Positions 1-8,477 of a DNA stretch of 64,000 nucleotides are shown here, piece by piece (positions within the stretch are counted from its first letter, which is position 1; every line of letters starts with the position of its first letter). Under the pieces are notes generated by a model. It made no database searches, had not been told where the DNA came from, and saw only the letters and a program-made list of their open reading frames with translations. The stretch is from Candidatus Multivorans sp. GTDB taxonomy: Bacteria > Acidobacteriota > Thermoanaerobaculia > Multivoradales > Multivoraceae. Both the position numbers and the translations under genes were made by a program. The stretch lies in contig OZ245033.1 in the NCBI GenBank assembly GCA_965224025.1, forward strand, positions 4,224,001 to 4,288,000, in the 5' to 3' direction.

Positions 1-1158
1 TTGGAGCCGGAGCGAATTCTCGAAAAGGCGCGGCGGGCCAGCGGGTTCGCCGTTGACGATCCCATGTTCCAGGAGGGGCTTGAGCGCTTGGTTGACGGGC
101 TCGAAACGCACGCTCGGTTGACGACCTTCGGGCGTCTGGCCGCGCGGGGCACCGTCCAGCGTTCGGCCGATTCACGCTCAAAGGTGGAACTGGCGCTTGC
201 GGAGCAGCCCGAGATCGGCGACGAGCCGATCCGTGCCCCGGTCTTCATCGTCGGCATGCCCAGAAGCGGAACGACGATTCTCCACGCCCTTCTCCACCTG
301 GACCGGGACCACCGGGCGCCGCTGTCCTGGGAGTGCCTGCTGCCCCACCCGGCGCCACGGCCCGAGGACCACGACGACAACGAGCGGGTCGAGACGGTGC
401 GCAAGGAGTTCGACCAGATCTTCCGGCTCGTGCCGGACTTCCGGCGCAAGCACTACATGACCGCCGACTCGCCGCAGGAGTGCGTCGGCATCACGGCGCT
501 CAACTTCGCGAGCTTCCAGTACCTGGCGATGGCCTACCTGCCGGAGTACCACGACTGGTTCGTCAACGCGGACCAGTTAGCGAACCTGCGGTGGCACCGG
601 CGATTCCTCCAGTTCCTGCAGTCGGGCGGCGTTCGCACCCGTCGCTGGCTGCTGAAGTCGCCTGTCCACCTGATGCGGCTGCGGGCCCTCTTTGAGGTCT
701 ATCCTGACGCCCGGGTCATCGTGACCCATCGCCACCCGGCGTCCGTCGTGCCGTCGGTGGCGAGCCTGATCTCGTCGATGCGATCGTTCTACTCGGACCA
801 CGAGGACACGTTGCGAACGGGGCGTGAGCAACTCCTGATCTGGGCCGAGTACTTCGCCCGCTTCCTGCGCGACCGCCGGGAACTCGGCCGCGAGGACCAG
901 ATGGTCGACGTCTTCTTCGACGATTTCGTCAAGAACCAGATGGCGGTCGTCGACTCGATCTACTCGCGCTTCGGCTGGAAGTTGCGGCCGGAGGACCGGG
1001 CCCGAATGAAAAAGCTGCTGCAACGGGAGCACCGCGGAAAGCACGGCGTTCACCAGTACTCGCTCGGCCAGATCAGGGTCACCCGACCCGAGCTCGACAA
1101 CAAGTACGCCCACTACCTGGACTTTCTGGAGGCCTGTGACGGCCTGGGAGCAACTTGA
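1..1158 (+). CDS. Sulfotransferase family protein (Sulfotransfer_3-like); may be 5'-truncated by the window edge
   Basis: PAPS-binding loop FIVGMPRSGTTILH, WLLKSPVH, THRHPASVVPSVAS, C-terminal HGVHQYSL. Confidence 0.9.
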   Translation: MEPERILEKARRASGFAVDDPMFQEGLERLVDGLETHARLTTFGRLAARGTVQRSADSRSKVELALAEQPEIGDEPIRAPVFIVGMPRSGTTILHALLHLDRDHRAPLSWECLLPHPAPRPEDHDDNERVETVRKEFDQIFRLVPDFRRKHYMTADSPQECVGITALNFASFQYLAMAYLPEYHDWFVNADQLANLRWHRRFLQFLQSGGVRTRRWLLKSPVHLMRLRALFEVYPDARVIVTHRHPASVVPSVASLISSMRSFYSDHEDTLRTGREQLLIWAEYFARFLRDRRELGREDQMVDVFFDDFVKNQMAVVDSIYSRFGWKLRPEDRARMKKLLQREHRGKHGVHQYSLGQIRVTRPELDNKYAHYLDFLEACDGLGAT

Positions 1159-1160
1159 AG

Positions 1161-2225
1161 ATGAGTGATACCGACTTCGAGAGCCGGCAGGCGCTGCACG
1201 AATTCCTCGACGTCATCCGCAACGCGGAGCAGACGTTCCTCGACCCCGAGAAGGAACTCGACCACCAGGGCCACGTGGACGGCTACCAGCACCTGTTTCA
1301 CCTGATGCAGGTGACGGTGGACTTCTACCTCCACAACGATTCCCTTCGCCCAAAGCTGATGCGGCTCACCGACGGGACCCGCAAGCTCTACGGCGACAAC
1401 GTGGACGCGGTCTACTACTTCTCCCAGGTTCGCGGCGACCAGGAGTACGTCATCCGGGGGCAGCGCTTCGACAGTTGCTACCTGAGCTTCTGCCTCTACG
1501 GCGGAGATCCGAACGGCGAACTCGCGGACCGGGTGACGCTCAATGTCAACCACCGCGACATCGCGTTCGACGACGACGGGTCATTCGAGATCCGGCTTAC
1601 GCCCGATCCGAAGGGCCCGAACGAGTTCCGCATCGAGCCCGACTCGGTGTCGCTCTTCACTCGCGAGTACTTCTTCGACCAGGCGTCGTCACGGGAGAGC
1701 ATCCTCAGCATCCGCAACTCCTCGCAGCAGCCTCCCGCGCTGCCCCTGGACGACGCCGAGCTGGCACGTCGCATCCGCAGCATGGCGATGTTCTTCATGT
1801 GCACGACCTGGATCGCTCCCCTGCCGGTCCATCTCCCGTTCAACGAGTTCTGCCCGCCGTGGGAGTTCGACCCGGAGCAGGGCGGCTGGGGAACGGTCGA
1901 CAACACCTACTGCTTCTGCCGCTTCCGGCTGCGGGAACACCAGCACCTGAAGGTGACCTTCCGGTCCCCGGAGGCCTGCTACTGGGGCCTCCAGACCTGG
2001 AACTACCTGATGCAGTCCACCAACTACGACGACTTCCCGGTGTGCGTCAACAAGGCAACCGCGGTGGCCGAACCGGACGGCAGCTACGTCGTCTACCTGA
2101 GCCACCGGGAGGCGCCGACGAACTGGATCAGCACCGCCGGCTACAACGAGGGCACTCTCTTCGCCCGCTGGCTGCTGGCCGAAGAGCTGCCGGAGACGCC
2201 CGAAGTCGAACTCGGTGAGTGGTAG
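1161..2225 (+). CDS. DUF1214-like protein coupled to the sulfotransferase
   Basis: GDNVDAVY, DDDGSFEIRL, EPDGSYVVYLSH..P.NWISTAG motifs; ATG two bases after the upstream stop. Confidence 0.75.
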   Translation: MSDTDFESRQALHEFLDVIRNAEQTFLDPEKELDHQGHVDGYQHLFHLMQVTVDFYLHNDSLRPKLMRLTDGTRKLYGDNVDAVYYFSQVRGDQEYVIRGQRFDSCYLSFCLYGGDPNGELADRVTLNVNHRDIAFDDDGSFEIRLTPDPKGPNEFRIEPDSVSLFTREYFFDQASSRESILSIRNSSQQPPALPLDDAELARRIRSMAMFFMCTTWIAPLPVHLPFNEFCPPWEFDPEQGGWGTVDNTYCFCRFRLREHQHLKVTFRSPEACYWGLQTWNYLMQSTNYDDFPVCVNKATAVAEPDGSYVVYLSHREAPTNWISTAGYNEGTLFARWLLAEELPETPEVELGEW

Positions 2226-2932
2226 AGGCGGGTAGTTGAAGTTACAAGGCTCGGGCACGCCGCTTCGCAGCGCCGTGCTCAATGCCGGCCAGAGCGTCAG
2301 CGCGCCCAGCGGAGGCCAACCCGACGACGTCCACCCCGCGGAGGGGCTCAGGGAGCCGTCACCCGGAACGATTCCCCGGCGGACCGCCCCGTCGGGCGCG
2401 GCGCCGGCAGCGGGGCCCTCGTCGCTATTCTCCTCAATCCCCGCGGCCGGGAGCTCCGAGCCGCCGCCAAGCCTCTCCTCTCGTTTTGCCCTCGGTCCTC
2501 CTTGCCAACGTCTGCCCTCCACAATCCAACGGGATGGCCGCTGTGTCACCGACCTTGGCAGAGAGGCCAACGCCCGAGCGCAGCTAACCGAGTTGATGAA
2601 AAGCGGGGGCGCTGGCAGGCGCCCAACCCTGCTATGGTACTAAGCAATGAGCAGGACGCGCAGAACGTGGCGGGAAGCCGCCGAACAGACCGGTAACGTG
2701 TCTCAGGCCATCCGGGACAAGAACGCGCGAGAAAGAGCCCCTCAGGAATCCCAGTGACGATCCTCGAGTACTCGTCGCCGAAGTTCGCGCTGACGAACTA
2801 CGCTTGCCAAAATGGTTCGCTGCGCTTCCCGACTGGCTTCAAATCGTCCTTCTCTTCGGCGTCGTGCTGGGGATCTTCGTGTGGCGCACCCTCGTTGTTA
2901 TGGACGGGTCCATTGGCCAGTTCTTCAAGAGC

Positions 2933-4051
2933 CTAGTGTAGTGTCTCCAACATGGCTTTACCACGTGTAACCTTTGCGACGATGCTGTCGGCGGTGGCCG
3001 TCCAGACGAACGGCCGGGAGTTTTCGTTGCTGTGGTCCACATAGTCGTAGATGGTCTTTACGAGGTCGTTGACGCTCTGGAATGCACCGCGCCGGATCGC
3101 CTTCGTGGTCAGACCGCCCAGCCAGCGTTCGACCAGGTTAAGCCAGGGCGACGAAGTGGGAATGAAATGGAGGTGGAAGCGAGGCTTTCGCTCCAGCCAT
3201 GCGCGCACGGCGGCGTGTTTGTGGGTCTGGTAGTTGTCCAGGATCAGGTGCAGGTCGAGGTGCTTTGGGATCTCACGGTCGAGACGCTTGAGGAAACGGA
3301 GAAACTCCTGGTGGCGCTGCCGGCCCATGCACTCCGCGATCACCGTGCCCTCCAACACGTTCAGCGCAGCGAACAACGTCGTCGTCCCGTTGCGCTTGTA
3401 GTCGTGGGTCATCGTTCCCGCGCGGCCGCGCTTGAGCGGCAAACCTGGCTGGGTCCGGTCCAGAGCCTGGATCTGGCTCTTCTCGTCCACGCACGGCACA
3501 AGCGCATTCTCGGGCGGATTCCGGTACAGGCCCACAACGTCCCGCAGCTTTTCCACGAACCTGGGGTCGTTACTCAGCTTGAACGTCCTGACCAGATGGG
3601 GCTTCAGCCCGTGCGCCGCCCAGATGCGCTGGACCGCCGCCGGACTGATGCCCTGGGCCCGAGCCATCGAACGCACGCTCCAGTGGGTCTGACCGGGCGG
3701 CTTCTCGTGCAGCGTCGCTTCGATCACTTTACGCACGACCGACTCCGAGAGCGGCGGCTTTCCGCAACCGCGGGGACGATCCCTGGTCAGCCCCGAAGGC
3801 CCGTCCTCCGCGAACCGACGACGCCACAGCAGCACCGTGGGCCGCGAAACTCCGAGTTTCGCCGCGATCGCCCGATTGGCCGTGCCCTCCGCCGCAGCGA
3901 GCACGATCCGGCTACGCCGGACCGTGCGTTGTGGCGTCGTCGGCGCCTCTACCCATTTCTTGAGAAGCGCTCGATCGCTCTCTTCGATGTCAAGTCGTTC
4001 CGCTGGTTCCCACATGAACGGAATACTGACGAACTTAACCGAAACTGTCAA
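2933..4051 (-). CDS. IS630 family transposase (true start probably ATG at 4015)
   Basis: N-terminal HTH, VDEKSQIQALDR, HDYKRNGTTTLFAAL, LILDNYQTHK, WLNLVERW (DDE triad). Confidence 0.95.
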   Translation of the reverse strand: MTVSVKFVSIPFMWEPAERLDIEESDRALLKKWVEAPTTPQRTVRRSRIVLAAAEGTANRAIAAKLGVSRPTVLLWRRRFAEDGPSGLTRDRPRGCGKPPLSESVVRKVIEATLHEKPPGQTHWSVRSMARAQGISPAAVQRIWAAHGLKPHLVRTFKLSNDPRFVEKLRDVVGLYRNPPENALVPCVDEKSQIQALDRTQPGLPLKRGRAGTMTHDYKRNGTTTLFAALNVLEGTVIAECMGRQRHQEFLRFLKRLDREIPKHLDLHLILDNYQTHKHAAVRAWLERKPRFHLHFIPTSSPWLNLVERWLGGLTTKAIRRGAFQSVNDLVKTIYDYVDHSNENSRPFVWTATADSIVAKVTRGKAMLETLH

Positions 4052-4075
4052 CCCATGTCGGAGACACTACACTAG
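2933..4075. mobile_element. Complete IS630-family insertion sequence
   Basis: Terminal inverted repeats CTAGTGTAGTGTCTCCAACATGG (2933-2955) and CCATGTCGGAGACACTACACTAG (4053-4075), 1 mismatch in 23 bp; TA in a CTAG context at both ends. Confidence 0.95.
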
Positions 4076-4824
4076 CTAGAGATTGCGCACGCACTCGAGA
4101 TGAGTGCTTCAATCCGTTGAGCGTCCACTAGAAGCTCCCACGGTATCCAACAACTGGGACACGGGCCTCCGTGATACCACTCGTGCCAAAGCAGCCACTC
4201 TCCGTACATGTCTGTTTCGTAGATGTTGAAGGGGTGTTCTGGGTCGTCCGGACCGCACTCCGCATCACAAAAGGGTTGGCTCACGGACGCCAACCCCTCA
4301 TCTTTTCCCTCTTCTTCCTCCTCCTCGGCGACCGGTTCGCCTGCGTCTCTATCGAGGATCGCGAACAGGCGTTCACGAAGCACCGAGTCCGGTTCGCCTC
4401 CTGACACGATAGACAGCGCATAAAGGACGTTGGCCTTCTTGGCTGGCCACTCTTCCCAAACTACTCTTCTGTGGCCGAGTTCTCGAAGCGACTGACGAAC
4501 AACGGATAGCGGTTCGGCGTTGGCCAAGACCGCGTTGGCGTAGATGCGCTGGAGTTGGTAGCTTTCGGCACGAGCGACCAGAGCAGAAAACTCTGCGTCA
4601 ACGATCTGGTCGTCTCCGAACCCGAAAGCGACGGCATCAGCGTAGAGTTTCTCGACAACGGCCGCGTCAGGTGGCGACGCGGGGCCGCGTTCATTTAGCG
4701 GTTGCGCGCCAGGAGCAGCGGCCCTCACCTCATCCTCGCCCGACGCGATCACCTGTCCCTGTGTTGCAACTGCGAACAGCATCAACAACACGCTGAGTAG
4801 CGCGCCACGGTTCAATTCCCTCAT
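4072..4824 (-). CDS. Hypothetical secreted protein with an acidic linker and a Cys/Trp-rich C-terminus
   Basis: GGGAGG RBS upstream; signal peptide MRELNRGALLSVLLMLFAVATQG; no recognised domain. Confidence 0.65.
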   Translation of the reverse strand: MRELNRGALLSVLLMLFAVATQGQVIASGEDEVRAAAPGAQPLNERGPASPPDAAVVEKLYADAVAFGFGDDQIVDAEFSALVARAESYQLQRIYANAVLANAEPLSVVRQSLRELGHRRVVWEEWPAKKANVLYALSIVSGGEPDSVLRERLFAILDRDAGEPVAEEEEEEGKDEGLASVSQPFCDAECGPDDPEHPFNIYETDMYGEWLLWHEWYHGGPCPSCWIPWELLVDAQRIEALISSACAISS

Positions 4825-4919
4825 TCGTAGCCTCCCTTTGGGGGTGCGCTACAGCCCGCCCGTCAGCGGCCCATCCGCGACGACCCGACCGTAGACTGAA
4901 GGTAAGACGGTATGGACGA

Positions 4920-5268
4920 CACCACAGGAGGGAGAGGGTTGCTACGCTGGGACTTGGCCCGCTACGGCCCGCGACCTCGCCCGGCTGTCGGGCTGGAAGT
5001 AAGACACGCCCCTCATTCTGAGGCGGCCGTTGCGTCCGCCGTAGCGGGTCAACCCCTACCGCCGGGCCCGTTGCGAACCTGACGACCGAAAGGCAGGGGG
5101 GCCACGACCCGCGAGGGTCGTTCTCCGAGTCGGGGCGGAGCCACAGGGGAGGAGGAAGGGATACGCGCTGTAGTGGTTGTGACGGAGGCGGCCGAACGGT
5201 GTAGAGAAGGCGATAGAGAAGTGCGCTCTAGCTAAGCTAGCCCTCCAACCTCCGCGAAAGCGCGGGGC
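4920..5268 (+). ncRNA. Candidate structured non-coding RNA, family not recognised
   Basis: 15-bp stem 4954-4968/5038-5052, nested stems, GNRA-capped hairpins and G-U pairs that all favour the + strand; no credible ORF. Confidence 0.4.
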
Positions 5269-5335
5269 CGGGTGGCGCGATCCGCGCCACCCGTGAACCA
5301 GTTCGCCCGCCCGTCAGCGGGCGCACGGATGGCAC
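5269..5335. repeat. Palindromic repeat type B
   Basis: CGGGTGGCGCG-atc-CGCGCCACCCG followed by a second hairpin ending CGGATGGCAC; similar to 40163-40228. Confidence 0.75.
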
Positions 5336-5411
5336 GGGACCTGGGACCCTCCCCCTGAGCCCGGAGCGGGCGGGTAACACCGACGCCGCCTCGCCGGCCC
5401 GGAACCGGTCG

Positions 5412-6641
5412 CTACAGCCAGTCGCGGTCGGCGATCTTCTTCGGCAGGAACTCCTCGGTGACGAAGGAGAGGCCCTTGCTGGAGAGGGCTTCGAGCTCCC
5501 ACTTGACGCCGGTGCGGAGCATGTTCTTGATTTCCTTCTGCCAGGCCTTGGCCTTGAACCACTCGTAGTTCAGGATTTCCTTGGCGCGGGAGCGGTCCTG
5601 GTCGTTCAGGCGGATGCTGACGTCTTCGGAGAGATCGTAGGCGGCGGGATCGAAGCTGGAAAGGCCGATGAAGCGGGCCCTGGGGACGGCCATTCGCTTC
5701 GACTCGAATGCGAGGCCGATCGAGCCCTGCTTGACGACGGAGTGGATGTAGTAGCCCCAGGGGTCGTTGTCGACGAAGACGTAGAGCGGCAGCTTCAGTT
5801 CGTTGACCATGCGGAAGAGCAGGCGCCGGACGCCGCGTGGGGGTTGGCCCTGGCCGGTGACGAGGATGCAATCGTGGCGCTTCCAGAACTTGTCCTCGTT
5901 GAGACGGGCCCATACCGCCTCCTTCTCGACCAGGAGAATGAACTTGGCGCCGTGGCCGACGAAGCGGATCGTGTCCGGTTCGACGATGCCGGGCACCGAC
6001 CAGCCGCCCGAGCCCATGCGGGAGAGGTCGATCACGTCGCCGGCGTCGACCAGGGTGAGCGGACCGACCACGGAGCCGCGCTTGGCGGCGAACAGGTGCA
6101 GCTCCTCGCGCAGCGTGCCGAGCGTGACTTCGAGATCCTCGATGATCGGGTCCGACTCCTCCTGGCCGTCGAAGGTGTTCTCCTTGCCGTCGGCCAGGGT
6201 GTGCTTGCTCATGTAGTACAGGTCGCGGATGCTTGTCGTCTTCTGCTCGTCGAGAAGCTGGGTGCAGCCGCGGGCGACGAGGAGCGTCTGCATGTACTTG
6301 CGGGCCTGGTTCAGGTTGAAGAGCGAGCGGCGCTGAGTCGCGTCGCCCATCTCGATGATCTTCTTGCGCTTCGAGAAGGTCACGTTCGAGAGCGTCCGCG
6401 AGGGGATGTCGACGAAGGGATCGACCTCGCGGCGGGCCATCGCGATCGTCTTCTTCGCCAGGTGCTCGATCTTGGCCTTGGCGTCGAGGCTGGCCGGGAT
6501 CCTGAGCCGCCCCTCCTCGGCGGCGGCCGGCGCCGGCCCGTCCTTCGCACTCGCGTTGCTGTCAGAGCCGGCGCCGGATGCGGGCGAGACGCCCGCGTTC
6601 CCAGGACCGGAACGACGCTTCACGCCACGCTCCCCAGCCAT
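5412..6641 (-). CDS. top6A: DNA topoisomerase VI subunit A (Spo11-like)
   Basis: SIRDLYY catalytic Tyr motif, QEESDPIIEDLE, TOPRIM motifs VEKEA and DNDPWG, K.ELEAL; TGATG overlap with the top6B stop. Confidence 0.95.
   Translation of the reverse strand: MAGERGVKRRSGPGNAGVSPASGAGSDSNASAKDGPAPAAAEEGRLRIPASLDAKAKIEHLAKKTIAMARREVDPFVDIPSRTLSNVTFSKRKKIIEMGDATQRRSLFNLNQARKYMQTLLVARGCTQLLDEQKTTSIRDLYYMSKHTLADGKENTFDGQEESDPIIEDLEVTLGTLREELHLFAAKRGSVVGPLTLVDAGDVIDLSRMGSGGWSVPGIVEPDTIRFVGHGAKFILLVEKEAVWARLNEDKFWKRHDCILVTGQGQPPRGVRRLLFRMVNELKLPLYVFVDNDPWGYYIHSVVKQGSIGLAFESKRMAVPRARFIGLSSFDPAAYDLSEDVSIRLNDQDRSRAKEILNYEWFKAKAWQKEIKNMLRTGVKWELEALSSKGLSFVTEEFLPKKIADRDWL
6574..6605. repeat. REP-like palindrome type A inside the top6A 5' coding region
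   Basis: CCGGATGCGGGCGAGACGCCCGCGTTCCCAGG; five further copies in the window. Confidence 0.85.
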
Positions 6642-8449
6642 CACACCAACTCCAATTGCGAACCGGGATCGCGATCGACCTCGGCAGGGATCGGCGGCGG
6701 CAGTTGCTCCGGCGAATCCACATCCTCGACGACGGGCTCAGCTTCCTCCTGAGACTCGTCCTCTCCGTTCGCAGCCGCGGCGGCAGCAGCAGCCGGCGCC
6801 GCCGGCTCGGCGTCCGGATCGACCACCAGCACGTTCTCGCAGGCCTCCAGATCATCGCCTGCCGCGGCGCCCTTTGCCTCTTCGAGCATGCCTGCCAGCT
6901 CCGTCTTGCGGCGGCTGATTGCCAGCAGCCGATCGCGGAACAGCTTCTGGTCCTTGCCCGTGATGGCCTCGACCGAACTGACGACCTCCTCGATGTAGAG
7001 GTTGAAGACCTCCCGGCGCCGGGCCTCGCTCTTTGCCCGCGCCTTGCGCTTGACGTACTGGCCGAGACGGCGGCCGCACGTCTGCACCGCGAGCTTGATC
7101 TCCTTGCGGATCTCGTCGTAGTCGGCGACCGCGACCTTGCTCTCGGAACTGAACGGCACCCACACCGAGGCGAGATGAACGAGCACGATCAGCGGTCCCG
7201 AAGGCAGCGCTCCCCGCGACTGGGTCAAGCCGTAGTTGCGCCACGAGACGTCCATCACCGCCTTGGTGATGCAGCAGGAGCCGGCGTAGTACTGGAGCGG
7301 CACCCGGTTGGCGAAGCGCAGCACCTTGGCCAATTCGTCCCCTGCCAGATCGCCGCCCCAGGCCAGACCGACCTCGACCTGGAACGGATTGCCGCGGTAG
7401 ACCGCCGGCCGCCGCGTCTCCACGCCGTAGAACTCGGCCCGGACTCCCCGGGTCAAGCCGGCGAGAAGCTCCTGGACGCCGATCGGCGACAGGCAGTCCG
7501 TCGACGGCGGCCGGACACGCGTACTCTTGTCGTTGATCGCCTTGTAGAGCGCATCGACGGTTTGCCGGGCCACTGTGTTCGGGCGCGCCTTCGGGTTGAT
7601 GCCGGCCCGCTTCGCCAGCCCCCCCGCGAGCTGCGGCGAGACGCGGCTGAAGTCCCGCGACAGGAACCGGGTGACCGTCTTGTGCTCGGTCGACTGCAGC
7701 ATCTTCATCAGCACGCCGAGTTCGACGCCGTGGGGATGCGGCTTGATCTCCCGCGGCGCCGCCGGGTTCTGCCGCACGGTGCGCGCCCAGGAGGCCGTCT
7801 CGCCGTTCGGGCTCCGGTAGTGCAGCGTCGCGTGCGGGTTCGCGACCGCGACCTGGTGCAGGAACTCCTCGACCGACTGACGACCCTTGAGGTACTTCGC
7901 CTCCAGTTCCACTTCCACCAGCGTGCCGTGGTCCAGGTGCCAGTCGGGAAGGGTCCGACGACCGATCGCCTTGGGCTTGTTCGTGTTCGTGTCGACCATG
8001 ACCTGCATCGCGTAGGCCGGCGCCTCCGGCCCCGTACGCGACTCCACGGAGGCCGGCTTGCCGGTCGTCAACTGGCCGTACATCGCCGCCGCCGAGATGC
8101 CGATGCCCTGCTGGCCCCGGCTCTGCTTCAGGCTGTGGAACTTCGAGCCGTAGAGCAGTTGGCCGAAGATCTTCGGCGCCTGTGCGGGGACGATGCCGGG
8201 GCCGTTGTCCGTAACCCGCACGAGGTAACGGTTCGTGCCCTTCGCGGCTTCGAGCTCGACCCAGATCTCGGGCAGGATGCCCGCTTCTTCGCAAGCGTCG
8301 AGCGAGTTGTCCACCGCCTCCTTGACCGTGGTCAGGAGGGCTTTGCGCAGCGAATCGAAGCCGAGCAGGTGCCGGTTCTTGGCGAAGAACTCGGATACCG
8401 AGATCTCCCGCTGGCGTCGGGAAAGCGTTTCAGCGGTGACTCGGGTCAT
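6641..8449 (-). CDS. top6B: DNA topoisomerase VI subunit B
   Basis: QREISVSEFFAKNRHLLGFD; GHKL motifs KEAVDNSLDA, DNGPGI, GSKF..SRGQQGIGIS, HGT; transducer RFANRVPL and VPFSSESK. Confidence 0.96.
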   Translation of the reverse strand: MTRVTAETLSRRQREISVSEFFAKNRHLLGFDSLRKALLTTVKEAVDNSLDACEEAGILPEIWVELEAAKGTNRYLVRVTDNGPGIVPAQAPKIFGQLLYGSKFHSLKQSRGQQGIGISAAAMYGQLTTGKPASVESRTGPEAPAYAMQVMVDTNTNKPKAIGRRTLPDWHLDHGTLVEVELEAKYLKGRQSVEEFLHQVAVANPHATLHYRSPNGETASWARTVRQNPAAPREIKPHPHGVELGVLMKMLQSTEHKTVTRFLSRDFSRVSPQLAGGLAKRAGINPKARPNTVARQTVDALYKAINDKSTRVRPPSTDCLSPIGVQELLAGLTRGVRAEFYGVETRRPAVYRGNPFQVEVGLAWGGDLAGDELAKVLRFANRVPLQYYAGSCCITKAVMDVSWRNYGLTQSRGALPSGPLIVLVHLASVWVPFSSESKVAVADYDEIRKEIKLAVQTCGRRLGQYVKRKARAKSEARRREVFNLYIEEVVSSVEAITGKDQKLFRDRLLAISRRKTELAGMLEEAKGAAAGDDLEACENVLVVDPDAEPAAPAAAAAAAANGEDESQEEAEPVVEDVDSPEQLPPPIPAEVDRDPGSQLELV

Positions 8450-8477
8450 AGGCTTGCTTCCGCGGATCGCGGGCGGG

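Noticed and set aside
2236-2643. 135-aa Pro/Ser-rich ORF and overlapping ORFs
   Set aside because: Low-complexity composition typical of non-coding GC-rich DNA; no RBS or motif.
4840-5110. Possible tmRNA (GGGGGTG start), c-di-GMP-I riboswitch (GCGAACC..GAAA..GG) or IscB omega-RNA (GTCAAC..CC)
   Set aside because: No tRNA-like 3' end or tag ORF, no GACGCAAAG junction, and no IscB/TnpB gene nearby; kept only as an unassigned structured RNA candidate.
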